From NCBI RefSeq assembly GCF_000497125.1, contig NC_090596.1:806001-870000 (forward strand): DNA of 64,000 nt, written 5' to 3'. The DNA comes from Spironucleus salmonicida (Eukaryota). Below, in pieces: positions 12,756 through 23,860 of this stretch (position 1 is the stretch's first letter; each line of letters opens with the position of its first letter). Position numbers and translations under genes: made by a program. Below the pieces are notes generated by a model. It was not told the origin of the DNA, made no database searches, and saw only the letters and a list, made by a program, of their open reading frames with translations.

Positions 12756-12986
12756 TCAAAGGTTATATTCTTCTATATAGATATATTGTTAGTCAATTTA
12801 ATGACTGGCTGCTAATTTTTTAGGAATAAAGGTGTAGCTAGCTATTTTTGTTAATTTTGTTAAAGAATTAGTTGATGTGAGAGTGGATATAGTGGTAGAT
12901 TATTATTCTTAAATAATATTGGAACCAAATGTATCATCAGCCTATACTTTCTACTAGATTATTTTTCGTTGGTATGCACTTCCCAT
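12756..12986 (-). CDS. MG..DxxFG micro-protein (76 aa)
   Basis: MGSAYQRKIIQQKVQADDTFGSN; shares a motif with four other ORFs. Confidence 0.55.
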
Positions 12987-13986
12987 CCTAGAGTATACGA
13001 TAAAATATACTTAATTATATAATTATTGTAATTAATATTTTACAAATAAATTTAACAATATATGATATTTATAACCAAAATTTAAAATACTAACTGGCAT
13101 GTCTTGATTAAATAATATAAGTATTATATAAACTATAAATTAAATTATATACAGTTGTACTAAAAATTAAAACATAGAAAAAACCAAAAACAAATTAGAT
13201 ACATTACTTACATCTACAAACCATAATAATTTAGTATATTTTGGATAGGAACTACGTGAAATTATAACCATTTATTATAAATTTATTGTTCAGTTGTTTT
13301 AAAACTCAATTATTTGCTCAAATCTCATATTTACCCAAATTCGTTAATTATTATTATTTCTAATCAATAAAATTTTATAATCATAAGAAAATAATACTCA
13401 AATTCTAGTTTTATAAGAAAATAATTTGTGTTTTTTCAACTTTTTCAATATTCCAACTCGTTATTTCTAGTATACTATCCATTTACTAAGCCTAAAAAAT
13501 TCTGATAGATGCTATAAAATGTGTTGCAGCTCATTAAAATCATTCAAATAAAGCTATGATCAACTGCTGGTCCTGAAACAAGAAAACTCTTTCAAAAATA
13601 TTTGTCCAATAAATACAACTACTAAAATAATATTAATATCAACCATTTAATTAGGCTTTGCTTATTCGATCCAAATATTTTACGAGTTACAATCCGAATT
13701 TTCTACAATATGCAGAATAGCAGCGTTTTACTAAAATCTCGTTCTGGAGAAAGTAAAAATTTCTTAAAAATCTGCTTTTTCAACTGCTAACAAATGCATT
13801 TTTAGAGCTTTTACGCCACTTTGCATTAAACAAAATTTATCAAATTCTTTGACTTTCCCATTTCATTTCATTCCATTCCATTTCACTCCATACTCAAAAA
13901 ACTCAAAAAACTCAAAAAAACTACTAGCGCAAATCCTTGCATTCCTATGCTATACTCACTGAAAACACCGCTGGCAACTATCTAAC

Positions 13987-14253
13987 TCACTTCAAGTACA
14001 TGTTGCTATCGAGCCGCGACGGGACCAAAAACTCGCCCTATTACTGCAATGTGTTACCGCGCTGTATCTTGTAGCTGCCCAAACTCACAGAATTCGAGGC
14101 AGTGACCGACGTTTTTATCGACGAAATTCGCTGTTGAATGAGGGGGTTAACGAAGGAATTTGGGTCAATCTTTGCGTTCGACCCGAAATGGGCGTCAGTT
14201 TCGTCGGTTTCGTTCGCTAGAAACTCAAGTTTCGACTGCGAGCCCGTTCCCAT
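13987..14253 (-). CDS. MG..DxxFG micro-protein (88 aa)
   Basis: MGTGSQSKLEFLANETDETDAHFGSN; ends AAGTGA; TTCCAGTAAAATG start context. Confidence 0.65.
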
Positions 14254-14587
14254 TTTACTGGAAATAATAGTTGTATATTATTATATAATATTGATAATAT
14301 GATAATTTTTAATTTGGAGCGTATTAACAATATGGATAATTTGGTTAGGGATTGTATATATATTAAAATGTCAATTTTCTACTGTTGTGAGTCTAAATGA
14401 TAACTCTGAGTTCAGAGTTAAAGGTGAATATTTGAAAAGTTAAAAATTCTTAAAAATGAAGAATAGAGTGAGCTAAAATAGAACCTCACTTGCGGTACCT
14501 TTTTACAGAGTAGTAGACTGTTGCGGAGATTACCGATAGCCCTACGTAACAGCAGCAGCAAATTATTAGTATTTGTTCTGTATCCAT

Positions 14588-14712
14588 TATGGTTATTATT
14601 ATTATGGTTATTATACATTAATATGTATTATTATTATTATTATTATTATACATTATTATATTATTATTATTATTATTATTATACATAACATATTTTATTT
14701 TTATAATTATTA
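14588..14712. repeat. Imperfect (ATT)n microsatellite
   Basis: Runs of TATTATTATT visible. Confidence 0.85.
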
Positions 14713-14811
14713 TACATTGTTAATACTATATTTCGAAAAAATTCTACCGCGCTGAAAATCGTAAATTTACAAAAATACTATTATTATATATTAAAATACA
14801 ACCAAAAGAAA

Positions 14812-15732
14812 ATGAATTTCGACACGCTAATCCTCACGAACTCACCAATCGCCCTGCTTAATCGACCAGCCCCCACTGATTTCGTCCTAAACACAACATT
14901 TTAGCTCCCTTTCAACCCACAATTCGGCTTCCAGCCGGACCCCCAAAACTACCCGATTTTTGCTCACGATTCCGCCGCGCGCGCAGCGGTGCAGAACCCA
15001 AATTTTTTGACTTTGGAGCCAGTAAAAATTCTAATTCAAAATCGACTTTTCACTCCTTTTTCGAAAAATATCGAAAACGGGCCGTACTCGAAAACTGACA
15101 AAAGGAGGCTGCTAAAGTACTTCCAACGGCACGTTTCCGCTGCGATTTCGGCCTTCGATTTGGACGATTTTGAGCTCCAAAAATGCCTCGAATTCGGCCT
15201 CGAAAACGTCGAAAACTTCGTCAAAGGATACGAGGAATTGCAGGAGAACTTTTACGTCGTTTTCCAGTTCAACAAGAGCGAGTTTTACGAGTTTCTGGGC
15301 CGAAAAATGTACCGCGCCGGGGGCGTTTATATGTGCTAAAATGAGTATTCGCTGGTCGGAAAATAGCTTACATTCCATAATACGGTCGCAGAATTTAAGT
15401 CCGTCCGCCGCGAAATGATAATTCCAAAGTACGCTTTTTATTATTATTATATTGTAAATGATATATTCGAAGAAACCGAAAATGCCGTAGAATTTTTTGC
15501 GGATCACATTCGGCTGCTGCGGAGGGGAGCTGGGAAGCATTTAAAGGTAGGTTTTGCGAGCGTCGAAATTTGGAGCAAAAGTGATATCGCGGAGGAGCTA
15601 AGAAATTAGTATGAAGATGCGCTGCTTAGCGGGAAGTGGGAATACGAAGAGTTGACTGGTTCAGATTGGGCTGATTGTGAGGTGTTTAGAGAGGAGGATC
15701 TAATTTACTTAGATTTGTGGGAGGATATTTGA
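14812..15732 (+). CDS. Possible divergent Rab GDI/Rab escort protein family member (306 aa)
   Basis: Single code-6 ORF joining track ORFs 14989 and 15415; FDTLIL, DKRRLLKYF and SEFYEFLGRKMYRAGGVYM echo GDI/REP motifs. Confidence 0.5.
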
Positions 15733-15988
15733 AGAGTTGGTGGATTTAAGGATATTTGAGGATTTGGTTGTTATTGTTGTGAATAGACGTTTGAGCTATC
15801 ATTTTCATGCGTTAGTATTAGTTACGTTTGCGCTGTAGAGGGTAGTGAGGAAGTTTCGGGTTTATGTAGTGCAGAATAAGCTAATTTTATACATATATGT
15901 TATATCTGCTTTATGTAGTATTAAATGGGTAATGTGTTAATACAAATTATGATTATTATATAGTAATCAAATGATTATATTTAAAAAA

Positions 15989-16687
15989 ATGAAATGCTGC
16001 ATATTCGATATTGATTTAAATATCGATGAGATAGATTTTGCACAGAATTAGCATTATCCTCATTATTAACTTAGATCTAATCATTTTGAGCCTTTATTAT
16101 TCATTCCGTTCTATTTTGATAACTGTCAATTTTTTAGTATCGATGAGCCGGATGTGGTTGTTGAAAGCAAAAATTAGTCGAAACTTGAAAACATTTAAAT
16201 TAAAATAATACTGTAAATCTTTCTCAATCTATTTAAAATTCCATGTGATACCTAATTTCAGGTAATTAAAATTTTATATCCAGATGTTTCTCTAGAAAAT
16301 TTCATACCGATCAATATTTACATCAAATTAACTAGCGTATTTTACAATTACGAGGAAATTTCCTAATTTCCATTTTTAATTTATTTTTACTTCTGTGCGT
16401 GCTTTAATCAAAATTACTGTTTCAATGAAGAGATTGCTTAATTCCTGCCTAATGTGTTTCGCAAGAAATACTTATACCTGAAGAAATCATACTTTTTAAA
16501 AAAATGTGACGCTCTGAATTAACCCAAAATCGAATTACCACACATAAAATCAATCCCAGTGCCTAAAGACAGATTAGTTTCCTATGATGACACCCTGGAA
16601 AACGAGCTACTTGAAAGCCGGGTTAGAACCATTTTTGGAACGATGGAAGAGTACCTAATATTAGATGCCTACACCAGTGAGTAATGA
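15989..16687 (+). CDS. Hypothetical protein (232 aa)
   Basis: Open in code 6; AGTGA just before the stop. Confidence 0.65.
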
Positions 16688-16692
16688 TGATA

Positions 16693-17094
16693 TCACTTAG
16701 ACTTCAATACCCCGCAAAATATTTAAATAATATTATTAGCAAAGTCATAATATTCTCTAAATTAACTAGAAATTATCAACTTTTTACTAACAAAAAACTC
16801 TGTAATTTCGCCATAGCAGGCGTCAGAATCAAAATTATCTAGTTTAAACTCAAAACAGTAACCATCTTCTTCCATAAATTAGATTATCTGGTAATCTGTA
16901 TCGATAGAAAGTAATTTTTCGGTTAGACTTTTTTGAATAGCGATTCCTGTGTAAAATTCTAGCTTATCCCGCACACGTACTGCGGATTTAACGAACACGT
17001 ATTCAGTTTTTCTGATTCCTAGTAAACCTTCGACGCTCTCAACGTCTAGACCTGGGAACCCAACGACCTACTCGGCCGGCCAGCGTTTTTCCAT
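16693..17094 (-). CDS. Hypothetical protein (133 aa)
   Basis: AAAAATG start, ends AAGTGA, convergent with 15989. Confidence 0.65.
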
Positions 17095-17130
17095 TTTTAT
17101 AATTCATTATTGTATCATATAAACAGTATT

Positions 17131-18447
17131 ATGAAAATGTACGAAATCGTTGTCTTTCAGCCGATCACAGACCAGGTCTAGCTCACGCTTGAAACACACA
17201 CCACGTTCCGGGACCATAAAATAGTCCAGATGGCGCTCCGGTTCGACGCACTTCAGCCGCTGACGACCACAGAAAAAACCTCTACCGCCTGTGAAATACT
17301 CACGCAGCTACGCCCAATTGGCATCCTCCTCCGCTACTAGATCGACGGTGTGGCGTTCACCGGTTCCACGTCAGATTTGGAGGAGGTTTTGAGCAAAATC
17401 TCCCCTGCGCCTGCCCTTGGCGAGTGTGGGGCTTATCTGGACTACCCCGGCCTCTACGCAGCCACAATTAGTTCACCAACTAAACACTTCATTTATGCCG
17501 CCGCTGTGGCATCTGGGGCGCGCAAAATCGCTCATTTTGCGCTCGAAACCTGCGAGTTCGACACCGGATCGGCCGAGGTTTTGCGCCAGATCCGCGGTGA
17601 CTTCACCTGCAGGGCCGGATAGATACACCTACCGGCACCATAACGTTCGCGGGCCTACGTAGCCCCGCGGGTCGCGCCCCGCTACGTATTGTCTCGGCGG
17701 CGCGCAATTCCTGATGCGGCAGCTTGGTTCGAACGTTGCGGGGCAAGCCGAGAGCTTCTATCAATCCTAGCAGTCAACTCGCTCGGTCTCCGGGAGCTGT
17801 AGGTAGACCTTTAGCGCCTGTACGCGTTCCGCGCCCCTACAGCATACGTGAAAGCGCTGTTCCTGACCCCATGCATTACAGCGCAAAAGGCAGCGGTGGA
17901 GCGCGATGTAGCAGCGTTGCACTCTCGGTACTAGCGAGCCCGGCGAGTCTATTCTGGACTGCTCGTAGGGCGCGCCGACGCGCAAATTGAGGCAGCACAA
18001 ACCGAAATCGAGGAAGTTGTGCAGGTTCTGTAACGCACGGAACGGGCGCTGGTCGATTTTGAGCCCCGCTGGAGCGCTATCGGGGGTGAGCTACAGGCGC
18101 TGCTGTCCTTCTAGTTTCCGGACCTCGCGTACGACTTCTAACCGTCGCTGCCGGTTTCCACCGATTTTGTGGCCGATTTCGTGGCCGAATTCGCTGAGAA
18201 CATTGAGGACGTGATAGCGCGCGTGCGGGAGCGCTCCGAGGTCGAGAGTTTGCGGTTGCGCGTAGCCGAGATGCTCATGAAGCAAACCGCGATAACTGCA
18301 TTTTTTGCGGAGAACGAAAGCCTCGTGAATCGGCTTTTGGACATCCTCGATAACGCAACGTTGGTGTGTTTCGCTTTCGGAAACTGCGTGGAGGACGCCG
18401 AGGTGCTAGCTGAAGCTGCTGCGTTCAATGGGAGCCTGCTGGTGTGA
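17131..18447 (+). CDS. Hypothetical protein (438 aa)
   Basis: Code-6 ORF joining track ORFs 17350 and 18169. Confidence 0.7.
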
Positions 18448-18678
18448 TCTATATTGTTGTGGTCAGAAGCGCTTCTAGGATGAAGCAAATCTCAACTTTT
18501 TACTTATTATATAATTATTTACAAATTAAGCTATGTTATCAAACTAGAAATGGGTTATATGAATAATAGAATAATAATAGATATATCTTTATGACAAAAA
18601 TTGTAAAAAAATAATTATTATAAAAATAATTATTATAAATAGAAATAAAATATGATTTCGTGTTTTAAAATTATTAAA

Positions 18679-18870
18679 ATGGGAGGAGTAGTATCTGCTA
18701 AATTAGAAACTCATAGTGACGATCACTTTAGGTGCCTCGACATACAGTCCGAGTATGACGCTATAATAGCATGTGTAGGAAAACTCCAAACCGAAGCTAA
18801 CCTTTTTTCTATCGACGCTTGTGAACTTTTTGTTATTGAAGAAGAACTCACTCTTAGCAGTGCTTTTTGA
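18679..18870 (+). CDS. Small MG-start hypothetical protein (63 aa)
   Basis: MGGVVSAKLETHSDDHF, a weak match to the MG..DxxFG family. Confidence 0.5.
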   Translation: MGGVVSAKLETHSDDHFRCLDIQSEYDAIIACVGKLQTEANLFSIDACELFVIEEELTLSSAF

Positions 18871-19067
18871 TTACAGATGGTTAATGTGAGTATATGTGAG
18901 CATGTTTGTTTCTGTTATGTCTATATGTGAATTTTATGATTTTCAATTTCTATTCTAATCAAATTTAGTTATAATTATTTTATAATTTATACCATATAAA
19001 TATGTTTACAATTAAGTTTGTAATTTGGATATATTATTTATAATGAATATTTCTTACAACCTCTAAA

Positions 19068-19760
19068 ATGAACACCAATCAATTTGACTTTTCTCTAGCT
19101 CCTCGCTACCATAAGGCACCTCCATCTCTCACATTTACTTCAACAGGAACTACTATTGTTGGATGCGTTTTTGACTAAGGCGTTGTACTAGCCGCAGATA
19201 CCCGTGCAACAGCTGGTACAGTAGTTGCTGACAGAAACTGTAACAAGCTAGAAGCAATATCATAGTTTATCTATTGTGCAGGTGCAGGAACGGCGGCTGA
19301 TACTTTTGCAGTGAAAAAGATGGCACGCGATTAATTAAAGTTGAATTAACTTAAAACAGAGCAAGAGCCCTTAGTCTCTGTAGCCGGCCATATAATGCAA
19401 AATCACCTTTTTAATTATTAAGGTCACGTGTCCGCTGCTCTCATTCTTGGAGGTATAGATGAAATGGGAGCCCATTTAATAAGCTTGTAACCTCATGGAT
19501 CAGCTGATTATTTACCATATAGCACACTAGGTTCTGGATCTTTGGCAGCTAGAGCAGTTTTCAACGACTAATGGACTGAAAATGTTACAGAATCATAGGC
19601 TAAAGACATGTGTGAAAAAGCAATCAGAGCAGGTATTATGAACGATTTAGGTAGCGGTAGTAATGTCGATTTGGTTGTTATTAAGAGAGGTGGCGTCGAA
19701 CATATAAGAGGTTATAAAGACGTCGGTAATTAGAGTGCAGGACTTGTTGGCGTTCAGTGA
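19068..19760 (+). CDS. PSMB7: Proteasome subunit beta type 2 (PSMB7/Pup1)
   Basis: STG/TTIVG, GVVLAADTRAT, VADRNC, GAGTAADT, NDLGSGSNVD motifs; ends CAGTGA. Confidence 0.93.
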
Positions 19761-20110
19761 GATGTTACAAATAGTTATAGTTAATAAACGTAAGTCTACT
19801 GATTTTTATAGCAGGATATTAATTATAGGGAGAATTATGCGTCTAGTTATCAATAGTTTATAGTTGATAAATTTTGATTAGTTACAATTCTCTAATATAC
19901 TAAATGACCAACTCTATAAATTCAGTATTCGATGTTTTTCTATTTAGTATCTACAGTTATTAAGTTGTCCAGTGAAGAACTGAAAATTTGAATAAGTGTA
20001 TATTATAGACTAACTTTAATTTAATATGACAATATAAGATCTTAAGGTATCTATTGTATTATTAATTATTAATAACAATAATTATAGGATTAAAATTGAT
20101 ACAAAATCAT

Positions 20111-21313
20111 TCATATATTCTCTTTCTGTTCAACATCAACCACGCCGTCGACGATAATATCTGCAAGAATAGTCTCAGATTCCCTAATTTTCTGCTCCTC
20201 TTTACCACCCTTACCCATCCACCTGCCCTGTGATTTAATATTATACTACTTGAGGAAGGGGATAATTTTGAAAATGTTGTTGTAAATCAAGGCACCGAGC
20301 GTAACTAGGATGAAGCCTGCAATCCTCGTCAGCGTGGACTTCGTGTCCCAGGACTCCCAGCCGATGGCGAAGGAGATGATCCAGATAACGATGGTGACCT
20401 GGGCGCCCACGGTGGACCTGGTGGCGGCGGAGGCCCTGTTGGTGATCTCCATGCCGCTGGCGTTGAGGATGATCGTGAACACGAGGTAGATCGGGATGGT
20501 GTACTGCAGCACGGCGGAGGTCTTGACCTGGAATGCCCACCCGGCCAGGTTCTCCATCTTTTTTGTGGTGTCGAAGGGGTCGGGCACCACGTTGAAGATG
20601 GGGAGCAGGATCGCGTAGATGATCATGCCCCAGCCGCCCTCGTTGCTCACGCCCATCAGGCCGGTGGTCTGGATCTTGCGCAGGAAGACCTCCTCGGACA
20701 CGTAGAAGAAGCTCGCGAAGAGCGACCCCAGGATGGAGGTGACGACGCCGATGGTGGGGTTCTTGGCGGTCTCGGAGCTGGTGCTGAACATGATGGATGC
20801 GACCGCGGTGATGGCGGCGCCGGTGAAGAGCATGAGCAGCCCCACGACCTGCGGCAAGTCGAACTTCTTGCGGTAGTCGCGCCAGATGCAGAAGGAGAAG
20901 ATCGCGATGAAGAGCGTCGTGCAGCGGGACAGCACGAGCCGCACCGACGGGAGCGAGTAGTAGAGGGAGATGGTGTTGAAGGTGGACGAGATGAGGTCGC
21001 ACACGGTGGGCACCAGGAAGAGGAACACGTTCGGGTAGAACTTGTAGTAGCGCTTGCCCTCCTTCAGAGGGGGCGCCTCGACCTTGCGCTGCTTGTTCAC
21101 GAACTGGATCACGAGCCAGACGAAGATGCACATTAACTCGCCCATGAACATGAAGAAGGTCTGCATGTAGGAGTGGTTGAAGGATTCTGCAGTGCACCCC
21201 TAGCAGGGAGCCACAATTTGCAGCTGCTGGGCCTTCTGGGTCATGGTGGACCCGGCCCCGGACAGAATCATTGATGCAACGAGGATCCAGAGGAATACTC
21301 CATCTTTCATCAT
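20111..21313 (-). CDS. SLC35F6-like transporter, second copy (400 aa)
   Basis: Inverted near-identical copy of 6649-7851 with a different last ~12 residues. Confidence 0.8.
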
Positions 21314-22509
21314 TTCTAAAAACTAGACTTTAAAAAATGCTGTCTATCTTATAAACCTTTTATAAACTCAAAAACTTATTTTTAATATACCCTAGTATAC
21401 TCTAATTATGCATACTTTAAAGTTGGTTTTAGTTTTATGAAATTTGTAATTAAATACATTATAAATACTAATTTATAAAAATACAATTTTATATAATAAT
21501 TAATAATTAATCCTTAATACTTATACTCGCTATCTCACTAAAACAAGCTGAAAAACTTACTCAATATGTAAGGTCTGTCAAGCGCAATTCTACTCACTAA
21601 AACCGCCCCGTTACGTCATAAGCACAAATTTATTCTGCTTCCAAATTGCAAAATATACTCACTTATATCATGTGCAAAATTGCATTTAACGCCCAGAAAC
21701 GAAAATTCAGCCACGACTAAAGATTTTTAGGCGGCCAATTTGTGACAATAAAACGTTACATTAATACTCAGTTCTCTGCCACAACTTGTCATTAGCACTG
21801 CTAATCAAATTTTTACACACGCAAAAAGCAGCATTTGGTGAATTTCAGCGCTGCAAAATGCTTGAAATGGTATCCGTGAAAATGCGCGTTTTTAGTCTAT
21901 TTTGCACCTATTTTAGGAATTTTTCATTTAATTTTTAATTTTTTATGCTAGTTTTGCTGTTCATTTGCGTCAATTTTCTCTCATTTTGCGTTATTTTTTG
22001 CTATTTTTGCACCTATTTTGCATAATATTTTGGCCCGTTTCTTCTCTCAATTTTGATGATTTTTGATGATTTTGGAGGTGATTTTGGCCCAGAAACCCCC
22101 AAAAATGCGCGCACTCCGCGGAATCGCCGTTTGGGGCAAAGCAGAATTCGGCTGAAAGTGGGATGGAAACTTTGGCGGCGGGTGAGAGCGAAATCGCTTG
22201 GTGGGTTTTTCGGGTTCGGGGTGGAAAATTTAATCTTAGCAAAGTATTAAATAAGTAGTTGTGATTATAGTGAGTGCTGCTGAGGCGGTAGCGCGCTGGT
22301 TCGGGTAGGGAGCATTTGGCTGCTAATGCTAATTTACGTATATTCGATTAATTCGTGTAGCTATTATATAATAATAATATTTTTAATTATTTTTTACTTA
22401 AATTTTGCAGATTAAAACTTGTACGTTGGGTAGGAAGTGCGGTAAGCGCTGCTTTAGTTAAGCGGGCCTAGAATTATCTTGAATAGCAGAATTCGTCTCA
22501 AAAACCAAC

Positions 22510-23004
22510 TCACTGACTTCTCATCACCGTCTAACCGCCAAAAATTGTATCCATAGTAGTATCTTTTACGGCCTAGGTTTAATTTTGAGCAAAGCGACTC
22601 TTCCGCTTCAAAAAGTAGCACACCGTGCCCACTGCAATCCCAATAACCAAAATACTGCCAACGGCGATGCCGGCAATCGCGCCACCGGATATCCCTCCCT
22701 TGACGATATCGTCATCGTCACCCTAGCCCTAGGGAAGGCATAATTTTCCTACCTTGTCGAAACCGTCAGTGCAATTAGTACAAGACCCACTATCAATTGA
22801 GTAACCTTCCATGCATTCCTCGCAAGCAGATGGATCTGTATTGCTACCAGTAACTGGGGCACAAGTCTTGCAATTTAGTGCAATTATACTACAATTGCAC
22901 TATGTGACTTGTCCAGTGATTCCACAATTAACACTGTTGCCATTCACGCATGTCTGGTTGAATCCCTGCTTGCACTTATCGATGCAGGCCTGCGCGGTGC
23001 TCAT
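22510..23004 (-). CDS. 5'-truncated CRMP copy (164 aa from an internal Met), possibly a pseudogene
   Basis: Homology to the other CRMPs begins abruptly at 23028; CXXC motifs, GISGGAIAGIAVG TM segment, ends CAGTGA. Confidence 0.7.
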
Positions 23005-23518
23005 CTCGGCGTAGACCTTGCACTCGGTTTACTGAAGATTGTGAGGCGTTTAATGAAGATTTTGAAGGATTTTATGTATTTGTCCGCTTTATACTAAATA
23101 TAATATATTATTAAAAATTGTAAAAACTGTTTTTGTAGTTTGAATTGAAAGTTGACTAAACTTATCTAAAAACACAGTAACCTCTTCAGCTGTTTCATAA
23201 GAACTAGACAAATTAGAAAAATAGATTTAATCTTTTTGCGTGTGACTAGTATTAAACTACTTAGTAAGCATATAATAATATATTATTTTACTGTATAATT
23301 TTTATGATAAATAATTTTATTAATATTTTATATATAATGATAAAATAGTTGCTCCAAAGATATAAAATCTATATTTTAATTAAAGTAAGTTTCACTATCT
23401 AGTTATTAAAGGTAGATGATCAAAAAATAGATTATTTCATACTAATAATTTTGTTATGAATAGAAAATTTATACACAATAATATACTACATATTTTAAAA
23501 ATACTAAATATTGTATAA

Positions 23519-23860
23519 ATGGGAATGGGTCCTTAATGTGGTTTAGAATAAGAATTTGAGGAACAGTAAGAGGCAGATGCTATGTTTGGGAATTTAGCAA
23601 CAGTATCTACAATTCGAAATACAATGCTGGAATTAAAAACTCCTACACTAGTTTCTAGAACAAATACGTTAAATCGGTAGTCAACTACTACATCTTATAG
23701 AAATCAGGTAAAAATTAAGCTAGAAGATGATCCTGTTAATGTGATTCCTTTGTAAAAACCATTAATGTACCATCCTTCTGATAGAGTTGTAATAAATAAA
23801 TAACGAAGTATTTTAAGTAGCAGTATTTCGTTTAATTTAGATGAAGATCGATTTATTTGA
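23519..23860 (+). CDS. MG..DxxFG micro-protein (113 aa)
   Basis: MGMGPQCGLEQEFEEQQEADAMFGN. Confidence 0.6.

Noticed and set aside
19758-19803. Selenocysteine or read-through at the PSMB7 TGA
   Set aside because: The TGA lies in the usual AGTGA end motif, with no conserved Cys position and no SECIS recognised
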